From positions 96,001 to 160,000 of the forward strand of contig JBMNIH010000006.1 of assembly GCA_050950825.1 (NCBI GenBank): a DNA stretch of 64,000 nucleotides, written 5' to 3'. The notes under the pieces are model-generated. The model saw nothing but the letters and a program-made list of their open reading frames with translations, was not told where the DNA came from and did not search any database. Shown piece after piece: positions 38,101 to 48,039 of the stretch (positions are counted from its first letter, which is position 1; each line of letters opens with the position of its first letter). Made by a program: the position numbers and the translations under genes. Origin of the DNA: Clostridia bacterium. Its GTDB lineage: Bacteria; Bacillota; Clostridia; JAAYHZ01.

Positions 38101-38664
38101 ATCTTGGTTTTGGATACGGAAGTCTATTCGAATACGGGAGGACAGTCCTCCAAAGCCACGCCGGCGGCATCGGTTTCCAAATTCGCTTCGGGCGGGAAGA
38201 AAACCCGTAAAAAAGATTTGGGGCTAATGGCCATGAGCTACGGATACGTTTACGTGGCGCAAATTGCCATAGGGGCCGATATGAATCAGACCTTAAAAGC
38301 GTTTTTGGAAGCGGAAAAGTATAAAGGGCCTTCTTTGATTATCGCTTATTCGCCTTGCGTCAATCACGGTATTAAAGCCGGAATGGGAAAAAGCCTGGCT
38401 CAAGAAAAGAAGGCCGTGGAGGCGGGCTATTGGCATTTGTATCGTTACAATCCGGCACTAAAAGAAGAAGGCAAGAATCCTTTCGTCTTGGATTCGAAAG
38501 ACCCCAAAGCCGATTACAAGGAGTATTTAAAGGGAGAAATTCGGTATGCACGATTGGCCTCGTCCAATCCCGCTGTTGCGGATGAGATGTACGAAATATC
38601 CGAAAAGCATGCAAAAGAGCGGCTGGAAAGCTATAAAAAATTGGCGGAGACGAAAAACCTATAA
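35137..38664 (+). CDS. nifJ: pyruvate:ferredoxin (flavodoxin) oxidoreductase
   Basis: YPITPSS, MQSEAGAAG, two ferredoxin motifs, GACPGCGE, GGDGWAYDIG. Confidence 0.97.
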   Translation: MPKKMKMMDGNMAASHVSYAFTEVAGIYPITPSSPMAETVDEWAAEGRKNIFGQPVKVIEMQSEAGAAGVVHGSLAAGALTTTYTASQGLLLMIPNMYKIAGELLPGVFHVSARALASHALSIFGDHQDVMACRETGVTMLASSNVQEVMDLGAVAHLAAISSSIPVLHFFDGFRTSHEYQKIEPLNYEDLARLVDYEALERFRSRSLNPNRPILRGTAQNPDIFFQNREASNRIYEKVPDTVLRYMQEINKLTGRDYKPFNYYGAEDAEYVIVAMGSVCDTIQETVDYLNEQGEKTGAIFVHLYRPFHAPFFFDVLPKTVKRIAVLDRTKEPGAPGEPLYLDVVSLFYQVENKPEIFRGRYGLGSKDTRPSQIVAVFENLKKDTPKDGFTIGIVDDVTFTSLEEKEDIETTPKGTVSCKFWGLGSDGTVGANKTAVKIIGDKTDLYAQAYFSYDSKKSGGSTVSHLRFGPKPLRSPYLVYNADYIACHNPSFVNQMDLVKGLKKNGTFVLNCPWTVSELEEKLPASLKRYLARNNIQFHIIDAISIAGEVGLGNRINMVMQSVFFKLANVIPTDQAIAYLKESVEQMYGSKGEKIVQMNIQAIDRSLERLYKVTVPEEWAYAEDPPKEEKEEPEFIKKIARPMARHEGDELPVSAFIGMEDGSFPTGTTSYEKRGIAVFIPEWQIDNCIQCNQCAYICPHAVIRPLLLTQEENDRAPEGFLTLKGKGKGLDSYYYRIQISPLDCTGCGNCADICPAPTKALIMKDAEEQIRKQADLWEYGLKVTEKTGVVPVHTVKGSQFSRPLFEFHGACPGCGETPYIKLITQLFGDRMIIANATGCSSIYGGSAPSIPYTVNKQGKGPAWGNSLFEDNAEYGYGMFLGTKALRERIADLMEKAIEEGTESAVAEVFREWIENMDDGEETKRLAPKILSILEDPSESDRETFREIYKLKDYLIKPSPWIIGGDGWAYDIGYGGLDHVLATGDDVNILVLDTEVYSNTGGQSSKATPAASVSKFASGGKKTRKKDLGLMAMSYGYVYVAQIAIGADMNQTLKAFLEAEKYKGPSLIIAYSPCVNHGIKAGMGKSLAQEKKAVEAGYWHLYRYNPALKEEGKNPFVLDSKDPKADYKEYLKGEIRYARLASSNPAVADEMYEISEKHAKERLESYKKLAETKNL

Positions 38665-38861
38665 AAAACCCTATATTCATCATTATATATATTCAAAGAG
38701 GAAGAGAAAAAACAAAATATCTTCCTCTTTTTCACGTAAAGTTATACAACGATAAGTAATGTGCATAAGAATATCGTAAAATATAAAAATATTTACATTA
38801 TCGGAGTTGTATGTTAATATGCATATATAGTCTATATGTATGTACGGTGTGGAGGACAGCC

Positions 38862-39365
38862 ATGTATAAAAAAAGGATTGTTGTTTTCTTGGTATTGTCT
38901 CTTTTTGTCTTTACGGCTGTCCTATCGGGTAGCTGCGATAAAGCAACGTCCGACCCAAGGCTCGTGGAAAGCTTGGCGACCCTCCCTGTTCCGGAAGAAG
39001 ACTTTTTAGGAGATATCCAAAACACCGAGATTACTTTTATCTACACGCCCAACCCCTCCATCGATTTACGGTTTAATGCCGATTTCAAAGAGGTTGTTAC
39101 CAAGGTTACGGATCTTGTATATGAAAAATACAAGATCAAAGTCAATATGGAATTTATTGCGAATCAAAATTACTACGACACGGTCAGCGTAAGGCTGAAA
39201 TCCAACGACCGAATCGATGTGTTTTCTCCTTATCCGAGCAAATACCCTAATATGGAAACGGTACCTTATAGTACGCAAAACTATTTGCAGCTCGACAGGG
39301 AAGAACAAGAAAGACTGCTAGACCGTATCAGGGCGCATGTGGAAGAGTTGAAAAAGATGAAGTAA
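38862..39365 (+). CDS. short lipoprotein resembling the N-terminus of a solute-binding protein (possibly internally deleted)
   Basis: lipobox-like LSGSC; VYEKYKIKVNMEFI..D SBP-like segment followed abruptly by a helical tail. Confidence 0.55.
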   Translation: MYKKRIVVFLVLSLFVFTAVLSGSCDKATSDPRLVESLATLPVPEEDFLGDIQNTEITFIYTPNPSIDLRFNADFKEVVTKVTDLVYEKYKIKVNMEFIANQNYYDTVSVRLKSNDRIDVFSPYPSKYPNMETVPYSTQNYLQLDREEQERLLDRIRAHVEELKKMK

Positions 39366-39386
39366 ACATTAATGAAAAGGGGGAGG

Positions 39387-41024
39387 ATGGATATGGATTT
39401 ATATAAAAAAGGACTGCTGTTTGTTATTATCCTTTGCCTATTATGTTCATGCTCCAACGGAGGACACGATGAACAGGAAACGGAGCAAGAAATCACAACC
39501 GTTCCCATTGATGAAAAGGAAGTAATTAAATTGGATTCGAAACCGTTGACGATTATATATTATTCCGCTGATTTGTGGGGAGTTCCTGTGTCGAGAGAAG
39601 ACAATTTGGCTCTCAATTTCATTGCCATCTCCAATCTGTGCGAGAAGAAGTTTGGGTTTAAAGTAAAATTTCAACAATATGACGAAGCTACGGCACAAGA
39701 AAATGTATTCCAAGCATACATAAAAGCAGGACTTGATGCGGATTTGGTTTTCCCGTCCCCGGTTAGACCGAGCATCGACCCGAGTCTTGTGCAAAAAACA
39801 TATTTTTGGGGGGATCGATATATCGAGGATAGACTCTATACCGACTTAACCCCTTACTTACGGCTTTGTCCGGAAGCTCAACTTAATTTTGAAAAGTATC
39901 CGTACATAAAAGAGATGAGTACAAGAAACGGTAAAACCTATGCCATTTACACAGGTATGCCGAGTATTTCGGTATTGGCATTGTATGTCAAGAAGGAGCT
40001 TTTGGAACAAACGAAAACGGATATCCAAAGCTTAAACGAGATTGATGAAATTTATAGCTTCATGTACAACCTTTACGGGGAAAACCCGCCGGATAGTGCA
40101 CAAAAGATATTGCTTGATCGACCGGAGGTCATGACGGAATATTCCATTTACAACTCCGGATATTACCCTCTTTTTTCTCAAAGCTTTGATTTTTTGCTGC
40201 GTTCCTCCGATAAAAATTATATCCCTTATCCCATCGAAGACACGGAAGTTTTGGATTATTTATTGGAGAAATTCTTGCCGTTTTTCGAAAGATCCTACTT
40301 TCGTTATGACGAAAAATATATGGATTTCTTGTTTGACGGCTCCCAAGATTTGTTCTTATCGAATGATCCTTTAAGATATATCAAATATTTCACTCGCGGG
40401 AATCAAAACGTTTTCCAAAAATACTCGATTGTGCTGCTCAAGGACCAAAAGCCGGTCATCGACAGATACGATTCCATCTTGCCGATTATGGTCCCCTCCA
40501 CAAGTACGCAGCCCGAGAAAGCCATGGTTTTCATGCAGTGGCTGATGACCGACGAGGATGTTGCCGATATTCTGACATTCGGCTCCCAAATTATGAACTT
40601 AAAGCACTATACTTTCTCCGAAGACGGGACCATCCTGCCGGAGAAAAACAATACGATTTATGCCTTTTGCCACTTAATCGCCAATTTTTCAAAAAAAGCA
40701 TTCTTGTACGGAAACCAAGCTTTTGATATCGGTGCGCAATACCGAGATTTGACTTATCGAGCGGAATACCCCGACTTTTACAAATTGGTAGAGTCTCAAC
40801 ACTTTTATTACGATTTCTTAAGCGAAAGCTATCGGAACACTTATCTTCTGCAGGCAAAAAGAGAGAATTTTTTAACGAATCGAATGATCGAATGGATGAA
40901 CGATCCGGATTCCTTATCGAATGCCGATACTATAAACGAGGATTTACGGAAGATAACCGATGCAAAAGCTTTGATCGATGAAGCCAAGAAATATATAAGT
41001 AAGGTTTTGGAATCAAGCTATTGA
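39387..41024 (+). CDS. extracellular solute-binding lipoprotein (ABC type, orphan)
   Basis: lipobox LCSC; DLTPYL, NGKTYAI, PEKAMVFMQWL motifs. Confidence 0.75.
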   Translation: MDMDLYKKGLLFVIILCLLCSCSNGGHDEQETEQEITTVPIDEKEVIKLDSKPLTIIYYSADLWGVPVSREDNLALNFIAISNLCEKKFGFKVKFQQYDEATAQENVFQAYIKAGLDADLVFPSPVRPSIDPSLVQKTYFWGDRYIEDRLYTDLTPYLRLCPEAQLNFEKYPYIKEMSTRNGKTYAIYTGMPSISVLALYVKKELLEQTKTDIQSLNEIDEIYSFMYNLYGENPPDSAQKILLDRPEVMTEYSIYNSGYYPLFSQSFDFLLRSSDKNYIPYPIEDTEVLDYLLEKFLPFFERSYFRYDEKYMDFLFDGSQDLFLSNDPLRYIKYFTRGNQNVFQKYSIVLLKDQKPVIDRYDSILPIMVPSTSTQPEKAMVFMQWLMTDEDVADILTFGSQIMNLKHYTFSEDGTILPEKNNTIYAFCHLIANFSKKAFLYGNQAFDIGAQYRDLTYRAEYPDFYKLVESQHFYYDFLSESYRNTYLLQAKRENFLTNRMIEWMNDPDSLSNADTINEDLRKITDAKALIDEAKKYISKVLESSY

Positions 41025-41100
41025 TGAAAAAGGCAAAACCGAAGATAAAGAAAGAATAGGATCGAACCGTAAAAATCAATAATCGATGAAAGCAAAAAAG

Positions 41101-41144
41101 AACGGTTCTTTTGAATGCGCCGATCCGCAGTCAAAAGAACCGTT
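41101..41144. terminator. hairpin between convergent genes
   Basis: aacggttcttttga / tcaaaagaaccgtt stem. Confidence 0.7.
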
Positions 41145-41159
41145 ATCTCCGATACCAAA

Positions 41160-42686
41160 TTACTTATCTATTTCATCCCATGATTGAATATCTTTCACCA
41201 TTTTGTTTTTAAACAGAGCTTTGATAATATATCCGCTTGCAAACACCAAGACGCTTATTAGCCATCCGCCGAGAATATTGGACGTTAAGGTATATCCGTC
41301 GGCTGCTCCGTAAATTCCGCCGTTCCTAATGAGTGTAACGATATTCCAGATGAAAAATGCGGTTAAAATGGCAGGAGCGATAAACTTAATGGCGATATTA
41401 AAGAATCCTGCAGGCATTTTGAATTTCTTCGTATTTCTATTGACTTCTTCCAGAACTTTTGTAGTGTTGAAGATCCATCCGATAGCAACGGATTCGATTA
41501 TACCTATCAGAATCAGGTTGTAGTTATTGCACCAGTTATCCACAATATCCAGCCACGCCAGACCTGCACCGGTTACAAAGAACAAGGAGATTGCGCCCGA
41601 AACAAGGCAGACGATAATCGTTGTTTTCTTCTTGGGAACTTCAAACCTGTCGGATATCGCCGTAGAAACGCCCTCTACAAGGGAAAATGCCGAGTCTATA
41701 GCAAGGGTACACAGGCAGAAATAGAAGATAAATGCGAATATGGCATTAACCCAGCCTGTATTTGTTAGCAAAACGATTGCCTGCGGGTATATAAAGAAAG
41801 CCGTTGCTATTCCGGAAGCGGATATGTTATCCAGCATTCCCACGCCGCCCATGGTAAGAAATGTAACGATACCGGCAAGAACACTCACCGCCATATCACA
41901 AAAAGCGATTATTGTAGCGTCGAGAGCAACGTTGGTATCTCTATCAAGGAAGGATCCGTAAGCAATCATTATTGCCATCATGATAGACAAACTGTAGAAA
42001 ACTTGTCCACAAGCATCAATCCAAATGGTTACACTTGATAGAGCGGAAAAGTCAGGTACAAAGAATTTTACTAATCCGTCAATCGATCCCGGCAGGAAAA
42101 GCCCCCTTACCGCGAGAATCAAAAGACAGATTATGGGAAGAAGTACCGTGTATTTAATAACTTTGCCTACGCTTTCCGTACCGTTACGTATGCAATAATA
42201 TATTGCACCCCATGCAATAACCAAAGCTATTAAAACGGGCCAAGCAATTGTACCGTAACCGGAAACGGTTCCTGTCGTTTTAATGGTTGTTGCCCATAGC
42301 GAGCGTGCGGCTTCGGTATTTCCGGTTAAGCCGGCAAACTTGTAACTGATTCCGGCCATCAGGATAACCCATGCAAATACCACGGCATAGTATGTAACGA
42401 TAACAAAAGCATTTGCTGTTGCCGCCCATCCGATAGGCTCCAGTTTTTTGTTGATTCCGGCGAATGCTCCGGGAGCACTTTGCCGCATCTTACGACCGAT
42501 ACTAATTTCCATCATAAGAAGCGGTATACCGAAAACTATCATTGCCAACAAATAAACCAGAAGAAATGCTCCTCCTCCATGTTTTGCGGCAAGACCCGGA
42601 AAACGCCATGCATTTCCCAAGCCTACGGCAGATCCGATCGCAGCCAATACGAAAGTTGACCGGGATGACCATTTGTCTCTTTCCAT
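41160..42686 (-). CDS. sodium-dependent transporter, SNF/NSS family
   Basis: RDKWSSR..AIGSAVGLGNAWRFP, GGGAF, GQVFYSLS. Confidence 0.93.
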   Translation of the reverse strand: MERDKWSSRSTFVLAAIGSAVGLGNAWRFPGLAAKHGGGAFLLVYLLAMIVFGIPLLMMEISIGRKMRQSAPGAFAGINKKLEPIGWAATANAFVIVTYYAVVFAWVILMAGISYKFAGLTGNTEAARSLWATTIKTTGTVSGYGTIAWPVLIALVIAWGAIYYCIRNGTESVGKVIKYTVLLPIICLLILAVRGLFLPGSIDGLVKFFVPDFSALSSVTIWIDACGQVFYSLSIMMAIMIAYGSFLDRDTNVALDATIIAFCDMAVSVLAGIVTFLTMGGVGMLDNISASGIATAFFIYPQAIVLLTNTGWVNAIFAFIFYFCLCTLAIDSAFSLVEGVSTAISDRFEVPKKKTTIIVCLVSGAISLFFVTGAGLAWLDIVDNWCNNYNLILIGIIESVAIGWIFNTTKVLEEVNRNTKKFKMPAGFFNIAIKFIAPAILTAFFIWNIVTLIRNGGIYGAADGYTLTSNILGGWLISVLVFASGYIIKALFKNKMVKDIQSWDEIDK

Positions 42687-43090
42687 GAATTTATTCCTCC
42701 TATTGGTATGTTATATATTTATTTCAATAATACTGTCGTATTATAGAAATCCGTGAAGATCGTCAAAAGGATTTAAGATTGGCAAAATTTATGATGTGCA
42801 AAATGTTTCGACTTGTTCAATCACCGGTATTTTATTTGACCTGTTCCATTGTTTTATGTTATCTCTTTTTTGCCCAACCAATAAACATTAAAATATGGTA
42901 TTATCACTCCCGTTCGAAAGATTATATATTAAGTCCTATTTTACTGAAAAGGATGTACGATATGCAACTTTTTTTGTCTTTTTTTCTTCTAATTACGTCA
43001 TAAAATATCTGTATTTTATAGATTTTTGCAGTTTGGATACAAGGCCGGATTATGACTATGCAACAATCCGGCTTTTCATCCTTTATTTCC

Positions 43091-43258
43091 TTATTTCTGA
43101 TTCTCATCCACGTATTCTTTTGCGTGGTAAACATCCCATTCTCCGGGTTCGATGACATTCGTCTCTTCTTGTTTATCATCCATATTGTATAACGGTGCCG
43201 TCGAGTATCTTTCTACGGGCTTTTTCTTAAAAAAATCTTTGATTCGTTTAAAGGCCAT
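43091..43258 (-). CDS. 55-aa DUF3787/CDIF630_02480-like spore-associated small protein (absent from ORF track)
   Basis: AAAAGGAGG RBS; manual translation MAFKRIKDFFKKKPVERYSTAPLYNMDDKQEETNVIEPGEWDVYHAKEYVDENQK; hairpin 43042-43076 downstream. Confidence 0.75.
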   Translation of the reverse strand: MAFKRIKDFFKKKPVERYSTAPLYNMDDKQEETNVIEPGEWDVYHAKEYVDENQK

Positions 43259-43406
43259 GGTTTCTTCCTCCTTTTACATTAATATTTTTTCAAAAGAAGG
43301 CTTGAATTATGTATGATGATAGCCTGCTTGCAATTTAAAACACTAGTATAATAATAGAAAAATTATATCCTGATGATGTTTTTGATATTATAAGTCAAAT
43401 ATGGTA

Positions 43407-43450
43407 AAAAGAGTAGGAGTAAGGCTCAAAACCTTATTCCTACTCTTTTT
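43407..43450. terminator. bidirectional hairpin at the edge of the AT-rich island
   Basis: aaaagagtaggagtaagg / ccttattcctactctttt. Confidence 0.6.
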
Positions 43451-44100
43451 AATATAGAACTATTGTTGATATTTGGCCTTTAATTTTATTACCTGTCACT
43501 TTTATCCGTATAAAAAGTTCCCAAATGAACTGGAATAAAAAGTTAGGTACTACAAGGAACTAAGACATTAAAAGTAATGAAATAAAGAGGTATACCCTTT
43601 ACAAATAATATCCAATATGCTATTTTAATTTAGGCATTTTAGAAAGTAGTTAGTAAATTGAGTAGAACAGCAGAAGTAATTGCTTTACTGCAATTTATTT
43701 CTCCTGTTCTACTTTTATAAAATAGTTTTATATTTTGATAGAATATCAATGGAAAGATTAAAACCCGATTTTAGAAACGGGTTCCTTTATAAGAAAATTA
43801 GTAAGAATGAATTATTAGAATTCATTCTTTTGCATGAGAAACGGAGCAAATAGGTAGATTTTAATAGGGAAAAGGAGTTAGAAACGGTTTTAAGGGTTAA
43901 GGAATAAAAAAGTGATTCTAAAATTGAAAAAGGCAGGTGAAGGGGGATTATAGGTTAAAGGGAATAGGGGTCTTGGAATTAAAAACTGCATAATATGATA
44001 GTAACTATTAAAGTATTAAATTTTCTTACCCATTAAATCTTATTAAAAATCTATAGAAAAAGACTTTCCAGTTTTCTTGCTGGAAAGCCTTGTAAGATAA

Positions 44101-44388
44101 TTAGTTAGTAAGCCATTCATCTAAATAAACAATCATTTGACTTATGCTTGGATATTTTTCTCTAAACTGCTCAGGTGATAGTTCAGGTATTTGTTTTGAT
44201 AGTTTTGCAAGAAGAGCCTTTGATTCTTCTAGTAAATCCTTCTCACTGTCATAGTTGCATTCATAAACAGTTACTAAAATATCAAGAATGTAATCCAATT
44301 TTTGGTATTGAATAGAGTCTTTACCTAACACCTTCTCGACATTACTTAATAGTCCTTTGATTTCTGATTTAAGATTCTTATTTTTCAT
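44101..44388 (-). CDS. 95-aa orphan helical protein
   Basis: GGAG RBS, TTGACT-18-TACAAT promoter upstream, hairpin near 44060-44091 downstream. Confidence 0.6.
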   Translation of the reverse strand: MKNKNLKSEIKGLLSNVEKVLGKDSIQYQKLDYILDILVTVYECNYDSEKDLLEESKALLAKLSKQIPELSPEQFREKYPSISQMIVYLDEWLTN

Positions 44389-44532
44389 ACAGCACCAACT
44401 CCTTTCCAAGATTTACAGTATTGTAGGAAAGGATAAACATAAAAGTCAAATATATTTTTTAAGTCAAATCCAAATTAGTGTGTAAATTACCTCGGCATTT
44501 TAAATGTAGCAATCAGCCTATGGTCGCAAGCG

Positions 44533-44696
44533 TTTATGCCGCGAAAGCTGTTGACAATGAGTTACATGGCATGTTAGGCTGATAGCCGGGCATCATCCAC
44601 CTTCTATGAAGCCCATCCCTGTTACTGTGGGGGATGGCCCCGATGCCGGAAAACATGCCATGAGAGGCTCGTTGTCAACAGACCGTGGAATAAATG
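44533..44696 (+). ncRNA. candidate structured non-coding element in the IS256 3' arm (copy 2)
   Basis: homologous to 14610-14775 with covarying stems. Confidence 0.6.
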
Positions 44697-44701
44697 CGAT
44701 C

Positions 44702-45913
44702 TTAGGCAGCAGTACCGGACTTCGAATCGTTCTCTTTCCGCATCTGGTAATACAACTGCATATTGAAATATTTGTGTCCTGTTTGCCACTTTTCATGCTG
44801 TTCCATTAATAAAGCACCCATAAGCCGTATGGCTGATGATGCATTGGGAAAGATTCGAATAACCCGTTCACGACGACGAATTTCCTGGTTGAGTCTTTCC
44901 ACACTATTTGTAGTACGAAGCCGTTTTCGATACCTTAAGGGCAGGGCCAGAACAGCAGTGATATCGTCAAATGCCTCGTCCAGAATAGCCGTGGCTTTCG
45001 GCGCCTTGGCTTCATAATTTTGGATTATCCCATCTCTGATGTTACGAGCACTCTCAAGGTCAACGGCCTCATAAAGCCGGCGTAGCTCTTCTTTAATTTC
45101 AGGTTGCAGCGCCTTCGGTGTATGATCCAAAATGTTCTTGGAAAAGTGTGTTTGACAGCGTTGCCAACCAGCGCCTTGAAAGTGCCTTCTAACAGCTTTG
45201 ACCAACCCTTTATGGTCGTCAGAGGTAACCAAATCAACATTCTTTAGCCCTCTTTCTTTAAGAGAGGAAAAGAATTCACCCCAGCTGCTTTCGGATTCAC
45301 TGTTGGCTAATTGAAACCCTATGATTTCGCGATAGCCTTCCTCATTCACTGCAGTGGCTATCAACAAACCACTTGATTGTACGCGACCATTTTCCCGCAC
45401 ATTTACAAAGATGGCATCCACTATGAGAAAGGGATAGTGGCACTGCAGAGGACGAGTTCTAAAAGCCTCCACGATGGGATCTAACTTCTTGCAAAGATCT
45501 GAGACAGTGGATCTTGAGAACTTCTTCCCGCATAGTTCCTCGGTTATTAATTCCACTTTTCGAGTGGAAACACCATTGACTACCATCTCCATCATTGCCA
45601 ACACCAATGCTTGTTCACTGCGCTGATATCGGGCAAATAACTCTGTGGAGAACTGCCCGTTGCGGTGTCTGGGAATGCGCAGGGTAAGTGTACCTACTCG
45701 AGTAGTTAACTGTCTATCTCGATATCCATTGCGGTATGCGGTTCTTTCTTCGGATCGCTCGTAGGGGTCGGCCTTCAATTGCTCTGAAGACTGGGCTAAA
45801 AGAACCTGGTTAAATATTTCTTCCAATAATTTGGCAAACGCTTCATCCTTGCCATTTGATAAAAATAATCCGTGCAAAAGTTCTCCGCTTATAGTAATAT
45901 TAAATTGAGTCAT
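44702..45913 (-). CDS. IS256-family transposase (same protein sequence as copy 1)
   Basis: ORF translation matches 17885-19096. Confidence 0.95.
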   Translation of the reverse strand: MTQFNITISGELLHGLFLSNGKDEAFAKLLEEIFNQVLLAQSSEQLKADPYERSEERTAYRNGYRDRQLTTRVGTLTLRIPRHRNGQFSTELFARYQRSEQALVLAMMEMVVNGVSTRKVELITEELCGKKFSRSTVSDLCKKLDPIVEAFRTRPLQCHYPFLIVDAIFVNVRENGRVQSSGLLIATAVNEEGYREIIGFQLANSESESSWGEFFSSLKERGLKNVDLVTSDDHKGLVKAVRRHFQGAGWQRCQTHFSKNILDHTPKALQPEIKEELRRLYEAVDLESARNIRDGIIQNYEAKAPKATAILDEAFDDITAVLALPLRYRKRLRTTNSVERLNQEIRRRERVIRIFPNASSAIRLMGALLMEQHEKWQTGHKYFNMQLYYQMRKENDSKSGTAA

Positions 45914-46032
45914 TGCTCATCCCTCCTCGGGTTTGTTTTTTAGTAATTTATATTCTAACCGAGGCATGAGCTTTGGCTCAACTTCTTTTTACACCATTAT
46001 ATAGACTTAATCTATTTTTTATAAATTTAGTT

Positions 46033-46428
46033 CTAAAATGGTATATCTTCAGGCTCAATAATGATAGGATTAAAATTTTCGTCTACTAAAACAGATGGTG
46101 AGTATTTTTCAGGGAAAAGATATTCATCAAGTTTAAATGGAATGCCTCTTATTATCTTACCCATCATGTTAATAATTTGTTCTCTTGTACATTTCTCATC
46201 AATTTCTTTAATTGTATCCATATCAAATTTCTGCTTAAGCCGATACAACTGGGCATCTGAAATGTTCATAAAACAGCATTCAGGATTCTGGGAAGAATCC
46301 GTTTCACATAACTCTGCTTCACAACAAGGAGAGGCAGGGAGAGGGTCTGTTCTATTTAATTCAAATTTACAATTATTTGTATTGTTTTTAGCATTATTCA
46401 TATCAGGTTCAGTGATTGATGTAATATT
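46033..46428 (-). pseudogene. 3' fragment of a gene cut by the IS1182-like element; ends in EPEDIPF
   Basis: the first codons of the tracked ORF (MSFCSRI) come from the IS left IR, so the true 5' part is missing. Confidence 0.6.
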
Positions 46429-47935
46429 GATTCTACTGCAAAAACTCAAGTAAATCTATACAATTAATGTACCTAGAAAATTTCATAAAGGGCTCTTAAA
46501 AAGCCTCGAAACACTTGAAAACACTAGACTTGAGACAGGTTTTATGGTAAAATAGATATGTTTCATTAATCCATATTTTGAATTTTCCGGAGATATATTT
46601 TATGTTCAGAGCAAACGATTCACATAAACAACAACCGATTTTCTCAAGTCTCGATTGGATGCATGAAAAAGCACGCGAAAGATTTAAAAAATCTTGGGCA
46701 CCTGTATTCTATGAACATGTATTTTGCCATATCAACGAAGAACCTTTTGCGAAATTGTACAGCAAGACAGGCAGACCGAATACACCTGTGAATATATTGC
46801 TGTCTTTGGAATATATCAAGTATATGAAAGATCTGAATGATCAAGATCTTTTGGATTCCCTATATCTTGATTATCAAACGACTTATGCCGTCGGAGGGAA
46901 AACGCTTGGCGAGATTTACATATCGGAAAGAACGCTGTATTACTTTCGGGAAAGAGTATATGAATATTTGACGGAGCATCCCGAGGACGAAAACCTCTTA
47001 TTCGGTCAATTCATAGAGTTACTGAGGAATTTTGCGAAACTGACGGGAACCTCGCTCGACGAACAAAGAACCGATACGACCATGTTCGTAAGCAATATCA
47101 AGAAAGCGGGTCGATTGGCATTGGCTTACGACGTATTGGAGAAAGGGGTAAAAGCCATTCCGAAAGAACAAAGACCCGAATCAATGGGGAAGGTTCTTGA
47201 AAAGGATTTCAAAACCGAAATGCTGCATAAGGTAAGAACCGTCGATACGGAAAGCAGGCTTACGACGCTTTTGTCTATGAGCGCGGAAGCTCTCAAGATA
47301 TTGAAGGAACTGCCCGACAAGAAAGAATCGGACGAAGTTCGCATACCGGAACGGTTCATCAAAGAACAGTCGGAGACCGATGAAAACGGTAACCTTGTAC
47401 CGAAGAAGAGCAAAGAAATCTCGTCCGATTCGCTTCAATCCGCCTATGACGAGGACGCCACCTATCGAAAGAAAGGCAATAAAGGGCAAAGCGGCTATGT
47501 ACTTGAGGTATCGGAAACCTGCTCGAAAGACAACAAAGTTCAATTGATTACCGATTACGCCGTTAAGCCCAACATTGTAAGCGACAAAGAAATATTAAGC
47601 GGGCGAATCCGAAAGGTCAAAGAAAACACCGGATGTACCGACATGTACATAGACGGAGGTTTTCACTCGGAAGATGTTTACAAAGCCGCGGAAGCCAATG
47701 ATGTCCAAATTCATTTGACGGACATGTGCGGACGGAAGCCGTCGGACAAGATCTCGGTGAGTGAGTTTGAAATAAAAGAAGAAACGGGATTGATTGAAAA
47801 ATGCCCTGCGGGTCATATGCCTTTCCGATCGGTTAGAGCGAAAGGACAATTGGTGGCATACTTCGAAACAGATGTTTGTCTGCAATGCGAGCATTTTAAC
47901 AGATGCTACAGCAAACAACAAAGCAAAAACAGTGT
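46428..47935 (+). mobile_element. IS1182/IS5-like element, copy 2, right end removed at the IS21 junction
   Basis: left IR GATTCTACTGCAAAAA at 46429 is the inverse of the copy 1 right IR; near-identical to copy 1 until 47935. Confidence 0.82.
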
Positions 47936-47975
47936 TGTTTGTGCTAATCTAAAAGTAGACCACTACATTAATTGA
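46602..47975 (+). pseudogene. C-terminally truncated IS1182-like transposase
   Basis: lacks the RAGIEGT catalytic-Glu region; tail VCANLKVDHYIN is read from the IS21 IR. Confidence 0.85.
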
Positions 47976-48039
47976 AAACTGTACCGGTTTGAAGTAAGAT
48001 TACCCTTTAAAAAGAATATTTTTAAAGGGGGCAAAAGGA

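Larger units (their letters stand above)
44462..46012 (-). mobile_element. IS256-family element, copy 2
   Basis: 1551 bp; 9-bp DR TATTTTTTA at 44453-44461 and 46013-46021. Confidence 0.9.

Noticed and set aside
42922-43179. 85-aa minus-strand ORF
   Set aside because: Out-of-frame overlap with the better supported 55-aa gene and runs through its terminator
17786-46012. Possible inversion between the two oppositely oriented IS256 copies
   Set aside because: Each copy retains its own matching target duplication, indicating independent insertions
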